Origin: Puccinia triticina
Taxonomy: Eukaryota
DNA length: 64,000 nucleotides
Assembly (NCBI GenBank): GCA_026914245.1
Contig: CP110439.1
Span: 3,658,001-3,722,000 of the forward strand
Direction of reading: 5' to 3'
A program made the position numbers and the translations under genes. Below are positions 25,505 through 39,144 of the stretch, one piece after another. Positions within the stretch are counted from its first letter, which is position 1, and every line of letters starts with the position of its first letter. Under the pieces are notes generated by a model, which was not told the origin of the DNA, made no database searches, and was given only the letters and a program-made list of their open reading frames with translations.

Positions 25505-25667
25505 TTAGTACATGTCTTATAGCCTAATGGTTAAAGACTGCTTTACTGATTGACTCATGTACATAAAGTCAAGAGTTCAATTCCCTGTCTTTACATTAAT
25601 TATGTACCTTTTATTTCAATGTACTATTATTATGTATTTATTACATATTTCACACTCTTTTGAGTAT

Positions 25668-26298
25668 GTAATTAAACTTATTTCACATTGATTACATATG
25701 TGTTTATACAGAGAGAGATAATCTTATCTCTCTATGTATTTGTCCTGTTTAAGCCTAATGTATGTACAAATAGGGTGATTCCATACACATTTATGTAAAT
25801 CCCCTCTGAATTCTGTGATCACTCCTCTCCTTGGAGTTAAGGATCCCTCAGGTCCTTGACTCAAAGGAGGGAGCTGATCCCTGTAATATAAAAGGGGAGG
25901 TCTCTCACCTGTAGAGATTCCTCCCCCAAGATTATTACCATACAAACCCGCCAACCTTACTACAAATCAATAGTGAGTGGGGTTTACAATAATCAACTAA
26001 CTCTCTCTTTCCCTTACAGCCTTTTTTTGACCTCAACTCGTGTATTTTCTAGTTACAGGTGATTGTTATCACACCTGTAACTTAGAAAATAACCTCTCAT
26101 TGTTCGAAGCTACGGCGCCTGGCTTGAGTTATTGCCGCGTCCCCTTACGTTTGTAAGGGAGCTAGCCCCTCCGCTGTTCAGCGTCGAGGTGTGGTTTATT
26201 CCCACTGGCTGTAATAGCTATAGTGCGGCCCTGATTTTGCTAGCCGCTGCCCAAGCCGCTACCGCGCGTAGTCCAAAAACCCATCAGCCCCTCGTCAC
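25668..26298. repeat. Probable solo LTR, boundaries approximate
   Basis: TG...CA-bounded block with a TATA-like atataaaa and the palindrome ttctagttacaggtg..cacctgtaacttagaa. No TSD confirmed. Confidence 0.35.
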
Positions 26299-29274
26299 AT
26301 AAGAGACAGGAGCTGACAGATACCTTCACCTTGATAGTTGAGTGCATCTCTGGTTGAGGCATTGACTCCAAGAGATGTAAATGTGAAGTTGCTATTTATC
26401 AAGTGGATGGATAGAATGAGTTGATTTCCCTCAGGTATATTGGGTTGATATGTAATTTTGAAGATCTGAAGCAATTCAGGGGGTGGAGGTGGTTTTTATA
26501 AAGTGATCCTGCCTTGGTGGCAGCAAAGTTAGGTTGCTTATCCTGTGAAGATTATGGCTTGACACTTCACACAACATCTCACTGCCCTCAAAGTTTCTGG
26601 CCTGAACCCAGGAGGCTCAGTCCAACACCATGCATTTGGTCTGTTTACATGATTCTTGGAATATTTCCAAAGGAATGGTTGACTGTGAAATCATGTTCAA
26701 CCAAATTTCCAGCAGGAGGATCATTTGAAAATCCTGCTCTTGAGATAAACTTGAATCAATTTGTTCCTGAATAAGGCCCAAATCAATTTCAGGCGGGTCA
26801 TTCCAGTTTGCGGGTATTTGCACAGGGGATAGATTTGAAGAATATTCATAAGTTTGAAATGGACTCACCAGGGGAGATATGTTCCCACTCCCCAGGGAGT
26901 GCCTTACCGTAACTTTTTTCCATAACTGTGCTGGAGGCCTTTGGTAAAGCAATATTGAATAGGTATGAACAAGACTGGAAGTCAGCGTGGAAATCAGTTG
27001 GAAATCATCCTGAAATAAACCATAACTTGCCAAAAACTCATCCAGAACTCATCTATAATTCATCCAGAACTCATCCAGAATATAGTCCTTTCTTGGCTCC
27101 ATGACCAGTGTGTCCTTTCCATGGAGATGTGAAAGGCCCAGCCTGTGATTTTTTCCCCCTCATGTACTCGCGTACATCAGGGGGACGATTGGTGTCTCAA
27201 AACAAATTTTTTACTTTTCATGTGGCTGTGAAAGGCCCATCCTGTGATATTTCCACCTCAATGTACGCGCGTACATCAGGGTGACTATTAGCGAAGTGCA
27301 AAAAGGTTAACTTGCATGTGCACATGTGAATTTTGAAAAGCAAAAAAATACAAAATTCACTAGATCATTTTTGTGAGGAGGACAGGATATATGGCTAAAG
27401 TGAATTGGCACCACAATCCAACCTTGACTTAACTCAGACTTTCACCCTATTAAAACAGTTTTTTGTCATTTTTATCAGCCAAATTCAAATTAATTCCCGC
27501 ATTTCCAAGAAAATGGGTTTCAATTTCAATGACAGCAACATTACCACATTCCAAAAATCTAAACCCAATAATACCAAGTCAACTTTTAGTTTAATTTTGT
27601 ACATCAGGGCATATAATGTGAATTACAAGAGACCCATTTTTTTGGAGGAATTACTTTTGAGAATGGGAATTTTGCTTTGCTATCCTTAAAAAGCAATAAA
27701 CAGGAGCAATTCATGAGTTGGACTTTGGTGAAATATCATTTCATCATATTTATTCCTACAGTTGTACATAGAAAACAAAAGAATTCTACACAACATTGTG
27801 TTGACTTCCAAATCAATTGTGACTGACTTTTCACTAACTTCTCCATCCAATTTACTATTTTGGGGATGAGTTACTAATCCACATCAGGCTCACATCCGAC
27901 CAAAACTCACATAAAATTCAGCTCTGGCACTCCCTGGGGAGTGGGAACATATCTCCCCTGGTGACTCTGCATATTTCTTGGTGAAGCATTCTGGGAGTTG
28001 AGCAAGTTAAAAATAGACAACCTGGAGGTGTGGTTGCCATGATTGTTATTTCCATGCTGGGATGGAGATTTGTGTGAGTTGTGTTCAGATTGGTTTTGTG
28101 GTTGAGGATTGAAATTGTAAGAAGATTCATGATTTAGATGATACTGTGTTTAGATTGGTTTTGTGTTTGACAATTGAAATTGTCAGGAGATTCATGATTT
28201 TGATGATACTGTGTATGCGGGGGTCTGTTGTCAATGTTGATGGAAATTTGGGGATGAAGCCACTCATGATTTGGATTATTTGATTGTTGAGTATGAGGAA
28301 AATCTTGAGGCTGATGAATAGAATGTTGGTGCTCCTGCCACAGAGAAAAAGAACATGGGAATGTGAATATTTCTGGTAATGATGGGAGGGCAAGAATTGA
28401 TGATAATGGGATTGTTGAGAATGAAGAGAGTGTGAAAGTTGATGATGATGGGATTGTCAAGCATATATGATGAGGGGAATTATGTAGGTGTCATGATTGC
28501 TGAATTCATGCAGATCAATTATCAGTTTAACATTGCTTGAATGGAAATGGTGTCTGTAAGAGTACGTTTGAGCAATCTGCTTGAACGGGCTTGATTATTG
28601 ATGTGTGACAAGAGTCCATTCAAGCAATATGGTTGAGCGGACTCGGTGAAATTTGATCACCAAGTCCGCTTGATGAGTCTGCTTGAACAGACTTGACAAC
28701 ATGACTCTGCAGTCTGCTTCAATGGAGTTGCTGGTCTGTCCAAGCAGAAGAGCAAACTCTCTTACCAAATCCTTTCAGAGAGCCGCACCAGGAGTCCGTT
28801 CCTGTCCGTTCAAGCGGAGTCAATTCAGAGGGAACGGACTCTGCATTGAACGGACGCAGTTAATACAAAAAAGTATCAACGCCGGCGTTACTTGCATACC
28901 GACGCCGGCGTTACTCAAATGTCAGGTATTTGTACTGGTTTGTTTGGCCCCCAGAGGCCATTTCTTTAGTTATATGTAGATTTGGGAAATAATTCGAGGA
29001 ATAATCAAGTGGAAACTCAATCTGGCAAATATCCGGGATATCCGCGGGAGTTGCCGGAGAAACTCCAGTGAAAACCTTATTTGACTGTCATTCAAATATC
29101 ATTTGATTGCCCTCCGAACCGCTTTCGAGGTCATTTTGATTTCACTTTGACTATCATCCTCAGCCACCAACAATCAAACAGAATTTGAACATCACCACCA
29201 AGATCAAGATGCACCTGAGGTCCAGACTGACGTTGGGCTGCCGGAGTAGTGGACCTTATAAATATCATCCGCTC

Positions 29275-29400
29275 ACCTCCCTCCCTCCCTTGCTCTCTCT
29301 CCCTCCCTCCCTCTCTCTCCCTCCCTCTCTCTCCCTCCCACTCTCTCCCTCCCTCCCTCTCTCTCCCTCCCTCCCTCTCTCTCTCTCCCTTGCTCCCTCT
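29275..29400. repeat. (CT)n/(CCCT)n polypyrimidine microsatellite
   Basis: Visible directly. Confidence 0.9.
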
Positions 29401-30782
29401 CAAGCTTGCTCTGTCTCTTTCTTGCTCCTATTGCCTGTTATGTCTATCTTATGCACCTGTCCAAAAAGCTATCATACATGCAATGATATTACCAAGTGCT
29501 CCATATGGGGCTCTGAGCCATTTGAATGCTAGCGAGGAGAACGGGCAAAATGCGCAGGGGGGAGGGTTGGGGGCAAGGGATCAATTGCCCCGGTCTGCTT
29601 CCCAGTCCGCTCGAATTCATTTCGAACTGAGAGCACTTTCCGAGGTACTTTTGAGTTTCAATCGGCTTTGCTTTGATTGAAACTCCAAGGTATTCCAAAG
29701 ACAACAATCAAATATAATTCAAAAACCTCTGAGTTTGAATTATATTCAAATGTAATTCAAAAAATAATTGAAGAGACTTTGTGTTTTGTTTGAAGTCTCC
29801 ACCCAATCAATATTCAAAGTCATGGGCCCATCTGATTACATCCAATGGGTGTTTGAAAGGACTTCGAACTCACTTGGTCAACTAGTTTGACAAATTTGGC
29901 GACGTCCCTTCTTGCTGGCCGGGAGTTTGAACAATCTTTGATTGAACTTTGGAAGGCTTTCAATCTTTTGCGTCCGTGGTGTAGCCCACAAGAGCTTGCG
30001 AATTGGGCCGCGAGCTCAGGAAGCTTGTGCCCCAGAGGCAAAAGGTTTACGCAGCTGTAAAGGACCGTGCAGGCGGGCCGTGCTTGGGGAGTCACGGGAG
30101 AGCCCACAGGTATTGCCACCGATCCCCTGCCACCCAACGCAAGTCCCTACTCAGGGGAGCGCAGCGACCTCCGAAGGAGGGACTTGTGCCCAATTTCCCA
30201 TATTTGGCTTGAGGCTGCCCAGCCAATTGTCCAAAATTCCCTTTGAACCCATGTATCACCTGGTACACCTCTGATTTCCTCACAGCCTCCGTCCGGTACC
30301 GTTAGAATCACCTTCTCTTTTTACATGTTACTATGTATTCCATCAAACTTACATCCCCATCCCTTGCAAGTAATTTGGATGTAAAAAACTGGCTGGGAAG
30401 GTCTTGTGGGGCCAAAATTGTGAGAACCTGGACCTGCAATTGGCGGCGGTTGGCCCTACGGTTCCATCACATTGCTCAGGAACAGCCCTCACAAGAATGG
30501 CTTCTGGGCGGCCAGTTTTTGATGGATTCATTTGAAAAAATATGTACAAGACAGCTGAGATTGTGGGCTACAACATGGTACATGTGGCTTTGACATTGAC
30601 ACTGAGAGAGAGGAGTAAGACAGATGTAACAACAAAAAACTTGATTTTCTGCATAAAAACCCGTCAGCCTCAGGCCAAGAATGGGACTTTAGTCCTAAGC
30701 CTCTCCTTTGGAGACGCTTTGCGCCTCCTTGGAGAGGTTTAGTTGAGCTCGCACACCGCCTACCCACCACCATCTGAACTTA

Positions 30783-32217
30783 CACCCCGGACGCACTTTT
30801 AAAGTTTTCCTTTGGGTGACATTGAAAGGGAGCGGTTACATTTGAAAAACCATTGAAGTGCCCTCTTTCAAGTAGCTTTCAAAAGTCATCCAAAGATTTT
30901 CCCAATTTTTGGGAAAAACTTCGGATGACTTTTGAAAGTATGAATTTATCTGGAAAAAACCCACCCAACCAGCGGGTTTCACCGGATTATCTCTTCGGAG
31001 CTCAACTCCAATTGCCCTTTGAAAGGCCTTCGGTTGAGAAACCAGCTCCGCCAAATGTCTCTTGAAGGGCATTTGGAGGATATTTGAGTGCCATCCTCAG
31101 GGTTCCCCACCCAAGTATATTCGAATGATTTTCAAAAATCATTCAAAGCTGACCCATTGAGTTTGCTGGTCCCAATACTTTGCAATGTACAGCGCCGTGG
31201 GCCGCAGTACGCAGCAACTGCAACTGCCTTTTTTCTCCGACTTCAATTGTAAACAGACTCCCAACACTTCTTATCCCACCTGTTCCTTGCTGATGATGCT
31301 CCTCCCACCATCTCTTCATTTTCCCCATTTCCTCCTCCCCTCACAGATCACATTCCTGATTGGCCGTTGAGCCCACTGGGACCGCGAGTTCCAAGGTAAG
31401 TTGAAATCTTCCTACAAGTTTGTCCGAAGTCCAATGGTGAACCCTAAACTCATCTGAATCTGCTCATCTGGCAAGAAGCTCCCGACCCTTGCCCTGCCAA
31501 TAGTCTGAGAGATATGTGCATAGATACGTAGAGCAGGTTCTGGTTTTGCAGCTAGGCTTGATTATCTGCCGTTCCAAATCAGCTTGATTGAGGCCTGGGG
31601 CCAAGATCCAAAGAGTAAATCATTATCAGCTCCCTCTATCTTGATCTCTCTCTCACGCCGTTTCTGTCTTCTCTCCCCCCCCTCCTCTCTCCATAGTCCA
31701 CTATCTGATACATGATTGATGTATTATAAAGCTTCCCCAACATAATTTGTAAAGTGTTTAATTATTATTGCTCAAATAGATTGAATACAAAAAATATATA
31801 CCGAGTACAATTGCTAAAATGAGCTGGTCTGGATGGGTCCCCAATGCGCGGGGGTGAGCCGGGCTGAGGAGCATTTGAGAAAATGAGCGGGCCCAGAAGG
31901 TCCCACTCGAATAATATTCAAATGGAGTGCAAGTCCTAAATCAAATAAAATTTAAAAATGTTATTTGAGTTTACTTGGGAGATTTTCCGACTATGTGTCA
32001 GATGCTCTCCAAAGTGCACTTTGGGCACAACTCATAAAAGTGGATCTCCACCTTGTAGAAACTCCGTGTTTGTATTCAAAGGACTCCGGGATCCCACTTC
32101 GGAGTCCCTTTGAAAGGCCGGTTTGACCCAACCAAGACATCCCCACCTTGCAGGCGGGAACTTCGAAGGATCTCCGGAGTCAATTTGGAGCTCCTTCAAA
32201 GTTTTGCGTCCGGGGTG
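30783..32217. mobile_element. Non-autonomous TIR element (CACCCCGGACGCA termini, flanked by TA)
   Basis: caccccggacgca at 30783 and tgcgtccggggtg ending at 32217, with TA on both sides. Confidence 0.75.
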
Positions 32218-32220
32218 TAG

Positions 32221-32810
32221 TCAGTCCTCCCTTCTGAGTTGGCAGGCTGCCCCCCCCCCCCCAAAGGAGCAACTTGGGGGTAAGTGGGGAAATTTGGTGT
32301 GAGCACTGAGGACCACCTCAACCCATTTGGCTGGTGTCAAAATTTGACACCACACCACCATAGCATCCTGTGAGCCAAATGGCCCAGGTGCCAAATTGAA
32401 GCCCGGCATCTGGCCTTCAAACCTACATAAGCCATATATTTTTCACTTGAACGTTCTTGAAGTTACAAAGTGTAAGAGTCCCGTTTGGACTCTTCACTAA
32501 AGACTGAAGATGGCGCTGAGAAACTTGTCTGGAGGATTTCTAGTGCCCAACTGTGATATTCATTTCAAAAGGGAAGAGCTAGCAATGAGAGATCAGTATC
32601 TCTCAGTAACTACAACTGGGGAAGAAGGAAGAAGGAGAAGAAAGAAAGAGAGTACATACCTAGCAATGAGAGATCAGTATCTCTGCAAAGCTAGGTAGGT
32701 GAGGAGGAGCCAGGGCTATATGGGTCCTGCTCTGTATCTTGTGATATGTGTGTGACACCTTGGGAGGGGGCTCACACAAAGCTTGTAAAATCATGTTTCC
32801 AGGATTCTGG
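32221..32810. repeat. Second, inverted copy of the 2680-2975 repeat, interrupted by a solo LTR
   Basis: Reverse-complement match to 2680-2975 on both sides of the solo LTR. Confidence 0.8.
32471..32776. mobile_element. Solo LTR, 306 bp
   Basis: Starts tgtaagag and ends gctcaca; 5-bp TSD caaag at 32466-32470 and 32777-32781. The empty site is confirmed by the homologous copy near 2700. Confidence 0.9.
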
Positions 32811-32937
32811 GATTGCTTGTACACTTCTACATCTGTAGTAGTGTATGGAAGCTGTATTTTCTACTTGTAATTAAATTAAGATTCATATGTTTGAACGTGT
32901 TCAATTCTTAATTCATGATGGATGCATAATATTTATA

Positions 32938-35900
32938 GGGTCTTGGAAAAACGACTCCCATATGTCCACGCAACCATTTTTTGAACAGCGCTCAACGTTG
33001 ACCTAGACCTTTTTTTTGGGTACAGCTTTTTTGGGAGTCGTCAACCCAAAAGAAATTTTTTTTGGGAGTCGTCCCCACTAATTTTTATGAATATTTTTAA
33101 TATTTTTTTCTTGGGGGATTTGGGAGTCGTTCACCCAAAACAAGTGCCCCCTGCGTTATTTTGGGAGTTGGCCGCGGGGGCCACAGAAGCCCCCAGGGAG
33201 TCGTGACAACTCCCCTTTGAGCCCCCCACCCATCACACACGTCACACACCACAACCGCCACACCAACCGCCCGATCACCGCCCACCTGTCCACCCCAACC
33301 ACCCAATCAATCAAACTAAACGAAATGATTAACCCAGCCGCCCCCGCCGCCGTCCAGGACCAGGACTCCCAGGCCCCTGTCGCCGCCATGGAGCACGCCG
33401 AGCCCCCTATGGCCGCCGTCGAGCACGCCGAGCCCCCTGTCGCCGCCATCGAGTACGCCAAGGCCCCAGTGCCTGGCAAGCACACCGAGCCCCCAGTGGC
33501 TGGCAAGCATGAGCACACCAAGCCCCCAGTGGCTGGCGATCACGCCGAGGAAACCCCAGCCGCAGGGCCAGGTAAGCCCCCTCCCATCCAAAATGGAGGC
33601 ATTGAGCCCCCAACACCCTTGTTCCTGCCCTCGATCCAGCTGCCAATCAAGACGCAGCCAAAGGCCCCAAAAACGGGTCTGGCATTGACACCGACTCCCT
33701 TGCAATCGCGGCCCAGGACCACGCAGCCACCCTGGCCATTCTAGACCCCCAAGGAGCCGTCCTATCCAGCGGTGCTCAAGGTCTAGCCCCTGCCTACGCT
33801 GCCGACTCCCGTGACCCGGTCGACTCCCAACGTCCCGCAGCCGCCGACTCCCAACGTCCCACAGCCGCCGACTCCCAACGTCCCGCAGCCGCCAACTCCC
33901 AAACAGCAGCCGCCGACTCCCAAACGGCAGCCGCCAACTCCCATCCAGCCGCCGACTCCCAAACCGCAGCCGCCGACTCCCAAACCGCAGCCGCCGACTC
34001 CCAAACCGCAGCCGCCGACTCCCAAACCGCAGCCGCCGACTCCCAAACCGCAGCCGCCGACTCCCAGGCCATTGCCGCCGTCAAAGACTGCATTCAGACC
34101 ACTGAAGCCCTTCAAGATGTCACCCTAGACCCCCTCCTCCTTCAAATTACTCAAGAAATAGCCAAAAAAAAACTAGAAAACCAAATCCACAAAGAAAATG
34201 AGGAAGAAGTTGAAGATTATAGCTTAGATAATCCAGATGAGAAGAAGACACTTGAGGAATATGTAGAGCTAGCTAGAGAAGAGAAAACAATTGAAGATTG
34301 TATAGTAATGTTAGAATTAGATGAAGATAATACTAACAATGATCCAAACTCTGGAACCGTTCCAACTGAAAAAAACCCAGAAGAAATCAAGAAAATACTT
34401 GAGAAAATTGCTGAAGAGAGAACTGAGAAGGAGCTCAAAGAAATGGAACTTGAGAATGAGAATCAACCGGATGATGAAGACTCAGTAAATGAAGAAGGAG
34501 AAAGGACGATCTACGACAACATTCCTGCGCCGCCAGCTGGAAATTATGACAACGTTGAATCGGTTAAGGAGGCCATCCAAGAATTTGCTTGTGCGCATGG
34601 CTATGGGATATCGGTCAAACGCTCTGTTCCTGGAAAGAGTGTCCATTTTAGATGTGTCAGGTCTGTTATTTCCCACTTCTTTTTCATTCTTCTGTTGCTT
34701 TTGACTGACATTAAATCCACATTGAAATGATACAGAGGAGGTGATCCTGCAAAAAACAAACGTAAAGGTGATACTTGTGAAAATACATCATCTCAATTGA
34801 TTGGCTGTCCATTCACCGCGGCCGTATACAACCAGAAGAAGAAGGGCCACTGGAAATTCACAGTCTCCAACTCAACTCATAATCACCGCCCCACCGCCGC
34901 CGTTGCCCACACTGTTCACCGTAAGCTCAGCAACACTCTCTATGAAGAAATGAAAAGACTTGACAAGGCCTGATTGCAACCGGCACAAATACTTGAATGC
35001 CTCAAGAAGCTGAACCCTGACGAGACAATCCTGGCCACAATTGATATGATTTACTCAGCACAAAAGCGGGCTGCGCAAGAGATGTTGCAAGGAATCAGTC
35101 CCATCATTCACCTGAATGAAATTCTGGCTGGAACCAATTTCACGACAATGACCAAGGTTGACAAATCTGGCGAGCTCAAGGGCCTTTTTTTCTGTCATTC
35201 CCTCTCTGTGAAGCTTCTCCATCAGTAGCATTTGATCCTTTTCCTCAACTGTACGTACAAGACAAATGGGTATTGGATGCCTCTCCTCCACATCACTGGT
35301 TTCAGGAGCCAACAAGTCTTTCAGTTTGGCATTCTGCTTTCTTGTCAAAGAGACACAAGATTATTACGACTGGGCGCTCGAATCCCTCCTGACAGTTTTC
35401 ACCTCAAACAAGATTCCCCTTCCTGCTGTTGTTCTGACCGACCAAGAAGAAGCTCTGATCTCCTCTCTCCAGTCCAATTTTCGGGATTCGACCCACATGC
35501 TTTGCACTTGGCACATACAGAAGAACTTGGTCTCCAATGGCGCAAAACACATCAAGAACAAGGCAAAGGAGTTTGAAATGCTTCAACACTGGAGCAACTT
35601 AATCAAGATTACTAGTCCAGGCGATTTCCGTTCAAGCTTCAGTTGGTTTTGCGCAAAATACGGCGAAGGTTTTGGATATTATATGATTGAGACATGGCTT
35701 CTGGTGTGTGAAAAGTATGCTAACGCTTGGACAAAGGATATACCTCATTTTGACCATCAGACAACATCTTGAATTGAATCATCACATGCTTTCATCAAAT
35801 CTTATCTCCTGGGCCCCAACAATTCTTTTGCCGCCGTCATCAAGTTAATCACAAATGCGCTTGAAGCTCAATCCCACAAAATCTCCGCGGCGCATCACAA

Positions 35901-38215
35901 GGAGAAGATTAGAAGCCTTCAATCAATAGGGAAGATTTTCTTGCTCTGTCACGGCCGGATCACCCACTTTGCTCTCCGGAAGGCGCAGGATAATCTGAGA
36001 GCAAGTGTTGACCTGGAGAATTGGCACAGGTGCAACGGGTGTTACAAAAACCAGATGGGAATTCCTTGTAAGCATACACTCCGGCAGCGCGCAATGGATG
36101 GCGAGAAAATACTTCACAAGAATTTTCATGTCCAGTGGCACATGAAGGTAAGATCTGATTTTTTTTTATCTTTTTGTCATGCGGGGGGGCCTTGGATGGC
36201 CGGTTTTTGTGGATGACTCCCGTTTTTGCTATGACGACTCCCGTTTCTCCGCGGACGTCTCCCATTTTTCTCCCACGACTCCCGTTTATCCCCGCGCGCC
36301 CCAGGGACAGGAACGACTCCCATTTTCCGTCTGTGCGGCATGCCAATTGGGATAAGGACTCCCAACAACTCCCAAATTGCCCAGCCGCAGAGCCTTGATT
36401 GGAAGAACAACTCCCGCCGACTCCCATTTGTCTGGCCATTGCCACCGCCCCTCTGCCACCCCTCCCTCCAATTTTTAATGTCCCCTACGCCATTCCCTTA
36501 CTAACTGGAGTCTTTTCATTCCCCCCAGGATCTTCATGCTCTTGACACCAACGCTGATCTCACTTATATCAAGCAAGTCAACCGGATCCGCGAAAGGCTC
36601 CTGCAGATGAATCCCGCGCAGATGGCGGCCCAGTTACAAGCTATCAACAGCCTATTGAAAGGCTCTGGAACCGTCGTGACGATCCAGGAACCAACAGAAG
36701 CTCAGGCCACCCGTGGACGTCCAAAAGGCGCGCCAAACAAACCAAAAACTACAAAAAGGGACCCCTCCGCCTTCGAACACGTTGAAAATAAAAGGAAGAA
36801 TGAAGAAGGAGTGATGATGAAGTCCAAGAAACAGAAGCTAGCGGAAACCAGAAAAGCGGAGAAGGAAGAAATGAAACAAATGAAGAAAGAAGAGAAGGAG
36901 CAACAAAAAAGGAAGAAAGAAGAGGAGAAGAAGAAGAAGAAGGAACCAGCACCCAAGAAGAGGAAACTCCCCAGACAAACGTCAAAGACCGCCAAGAACG
37001 TTGCTCTGTCTCCTTCTCCAACTCCTTCTCCGTCTCCATCTCCATCACCTGTGCTTCCTCCTCCTCCGCCACCGAAAGCCCAAGTCCCGACAAAGCGCTT
37101 CAAACCAGTCCACGTCGCACCTAAGAAGCCAGCTTCCCCTTCCCCTCCTGTGAGCTCTGCCTTGTCTGCCGGCGCCCCTCCGCTGCAACGTACGTCCCGC
37201 GCCGCTGGGAAGATGCAAGCTCCGCCTTCCCCTTCCCCTCCTTTGCAATCAACCTCGTCTGCCCCCGCGCCTCCGCAGCAACGTCCGACCCGCGCCACCG
37301 CTAAGAAGCCAGCTCCACCTTCCCCTCATGCTCAATCAACCTCGTCTGTCCCCGCCCCTCCGCTGAAATCAAGCCAGGTACCTCCTCCGCGAGCCGCGCA
37401 AGCCACGCGAGTCCCTCCACCGCCAACAGCTCCAGTCCCTCCACCACCAACAGCACCAGTCCCCCCACCACCATCCAAAGAACCAGTCGACCAACCAAAT
37501 TGGCTCAATCAACTCCCAGTCATCATCAGAACCTCGGTCAAGCGGATACTTGATCTTGTGTCAGATAGCCATTGTGGATTTTGCGCGGTGGCATGGTGCT
37601 TGGGGAATGGTCAGGGCGCTTGGAGTGCAGTCCGAGAAGCTCTAGCCGACGAAATCAGCAAACGAGGCGAGTGGTATGTGAAGTTGGGACATTTTCACAA
37701 CATCAAGTCAACTCTGGCCAGAATAAACTTTTCCGGTACCAAAGGTTGCGGTATGGCTCATTGAATGGCGATGCCCTCCTCCGGCAAAGCACTGGCCAAC
37801 ACTTTCCAACGGCCAGTTTTTTATTTCACTGAAGAGTGGTCTCAAACTTTCCTTCCCTCCTTCTGCCCTCCTAACAAAAACCCCCCGATCTTCTTGGCTT
37901 TCATCCGGCAACTCAATCATTTTGTGGCCCTAGAACTATCCTCCCCTGACGTCTTCCCTGCCCCTTCCCTACAAAAGAGCTGGAAGCTAAATGCCAACCC
38001 AGAGGCACGAGGTTGGGAGGCAAGATACTCTGATTGTTTTGCTCAAACAGGTGGAAGAAAGCTCCTCTTTCCTGATAAGATTGGTAAATTTTACTAGTAT
38101 TTCCATTTGTAGTTTTCATGTATTGGTGGTTGTTCTAGTATTTTTTGAATAAATATTGTGATTATTCCTCTCTAGTATTTTTTGAATGAACACTGTTTTT
38201 ATTTTCTTGTCCTTA
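32938..38215 (+). mobile_element. Mutator-like (MULE) element with a decayed transposase gene; right end cut by a Helitron terminus
   Basis: FAR1-like start (34308-34660, intron 34661-34735); DDE core NCTYKTN..MPLLHITG, VVLTDQEEAL, LCTWHIQKN; SWIM-like CNGC..MGIPCKH; intron 36148-36528; RGRPKG; OTU-like SDSHCGFCAVA...NHFV. Several stops and frameshifts. Left boundary approximate. Confidence 0.85.
33805..34065 (+). repeat. 21/24-bp tandem repeat (ccgcagccgccgactcccaaa) encoding PQPPTPK
   Basis: Visible directly and in ORF 33811-34128. Confidence 0.9.
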
Positions 38216-38243
38216 CTAGAGGCCAAAGCGGCTACGCCGCTGC
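38216..38243 (-). mobile_element. Helitron 3' terminus, minus strand
   Basis: Reverse complement reads gcagcggcgtagccgctttggcctctag followed by T; one mismatch to the 5337 copy. Confidence 0.8.
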
Positions 38244-39144
38244 AGGGCCTACGTGCACGGCCCTGCCCAACCCCCCTCCACCACCTTTTGAGACTTGTTT
38301 TCCACAGAAGTACCCGTCCCAAATCATCACAGAGTGCAAAGTGTAGAATAAAACATACTAATAGTGATGTTATGTAGTTTGAGAGGCATATGTAGGAAAA
38401 TAAAAGGGCATAAAAACATCATATTATAACACGCCATAAGAAAAGTAGAATTTTGGAGGCAAAAGAAGCGGGGAGGGTGTTTGTTTGTCATCACAAGTTA
38501 GGAGACAAAACTGAACCAATTATCTGAGGTTCTCAATCTGAAGGATCAAGAAAATCCTCTCATTGTTAAACTGTTCATTTGTAAAAATCTTTTAGAACAG
38601 ATGATGAATTAGCAAATAAAATCATCAACTTAACTTGATACAAAGAATCATGACAAGAGATATACAAACCATCCTTATCATTACAAAGATTGTTGAGGGG
38701 CACAGGAGCTGCAGGACTGAGAATACCAAACTGTCTTGTGACAGGTGGGACAGGCACAAAGATATAATATGGTTATGGATTCAGTCAGGAAGAGCATGAG
38801 GATCAAGGATCTGATAGACTAAGTATATGACCAAAGATTGACTATAGTATAGAAGCATATTGAAGTATACATATAAGCATATGTGTAATTTAACAAAACT
38901 TCCTCAAAAATTGATTAATTTTTCTTTATTTCACCTGAGTATTGAATCAATCGGAGCAGGCTTCCTTGGATTAGCAACAAAGACCAGGATAAAGTTGAAG
39001 ACTGGAAAAGCAAATAAAACAAGACAAAGATGAGTTAGCGAGGAGGTATGGAAACAATTTTCAACCTTGAAAACATGAAAGGGTTCAAATTGGATATTTT
39101 TAGACTTATCTTTCAACTGATTCTTCATAATCTTGAGATCTATT

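Larger units (their letters stand above)
23107..29981. mobile_element. Putative TIR DNA element (CACCACGGACGCA termini, flanked by TA) carrying nested insertions
   Basis: caccacggacgca at 23107 and tgcgtccgtggtg ending at 29981, each flanked by TA; palindromic subterminal repeats at 23240-23640. Pairing of the two ends is inferred. Confidence 0.6.

Noticed and set aside
25515..25592. tRNA-like sequence with A-box and B-box-like motifs
   Set aside because: No convincing acceptor or anticodon stems; at most a decayed tRNA or SINE remnant.
2680..32810. The two inverted repeat copies as TIRs of one 30-kb element
   Set aside because: Their apparent terminal edges (~2975 and ~32221) are on the inner sides, so each copy extends away from the intervening DNA; they are better read as ends of separate insertions.
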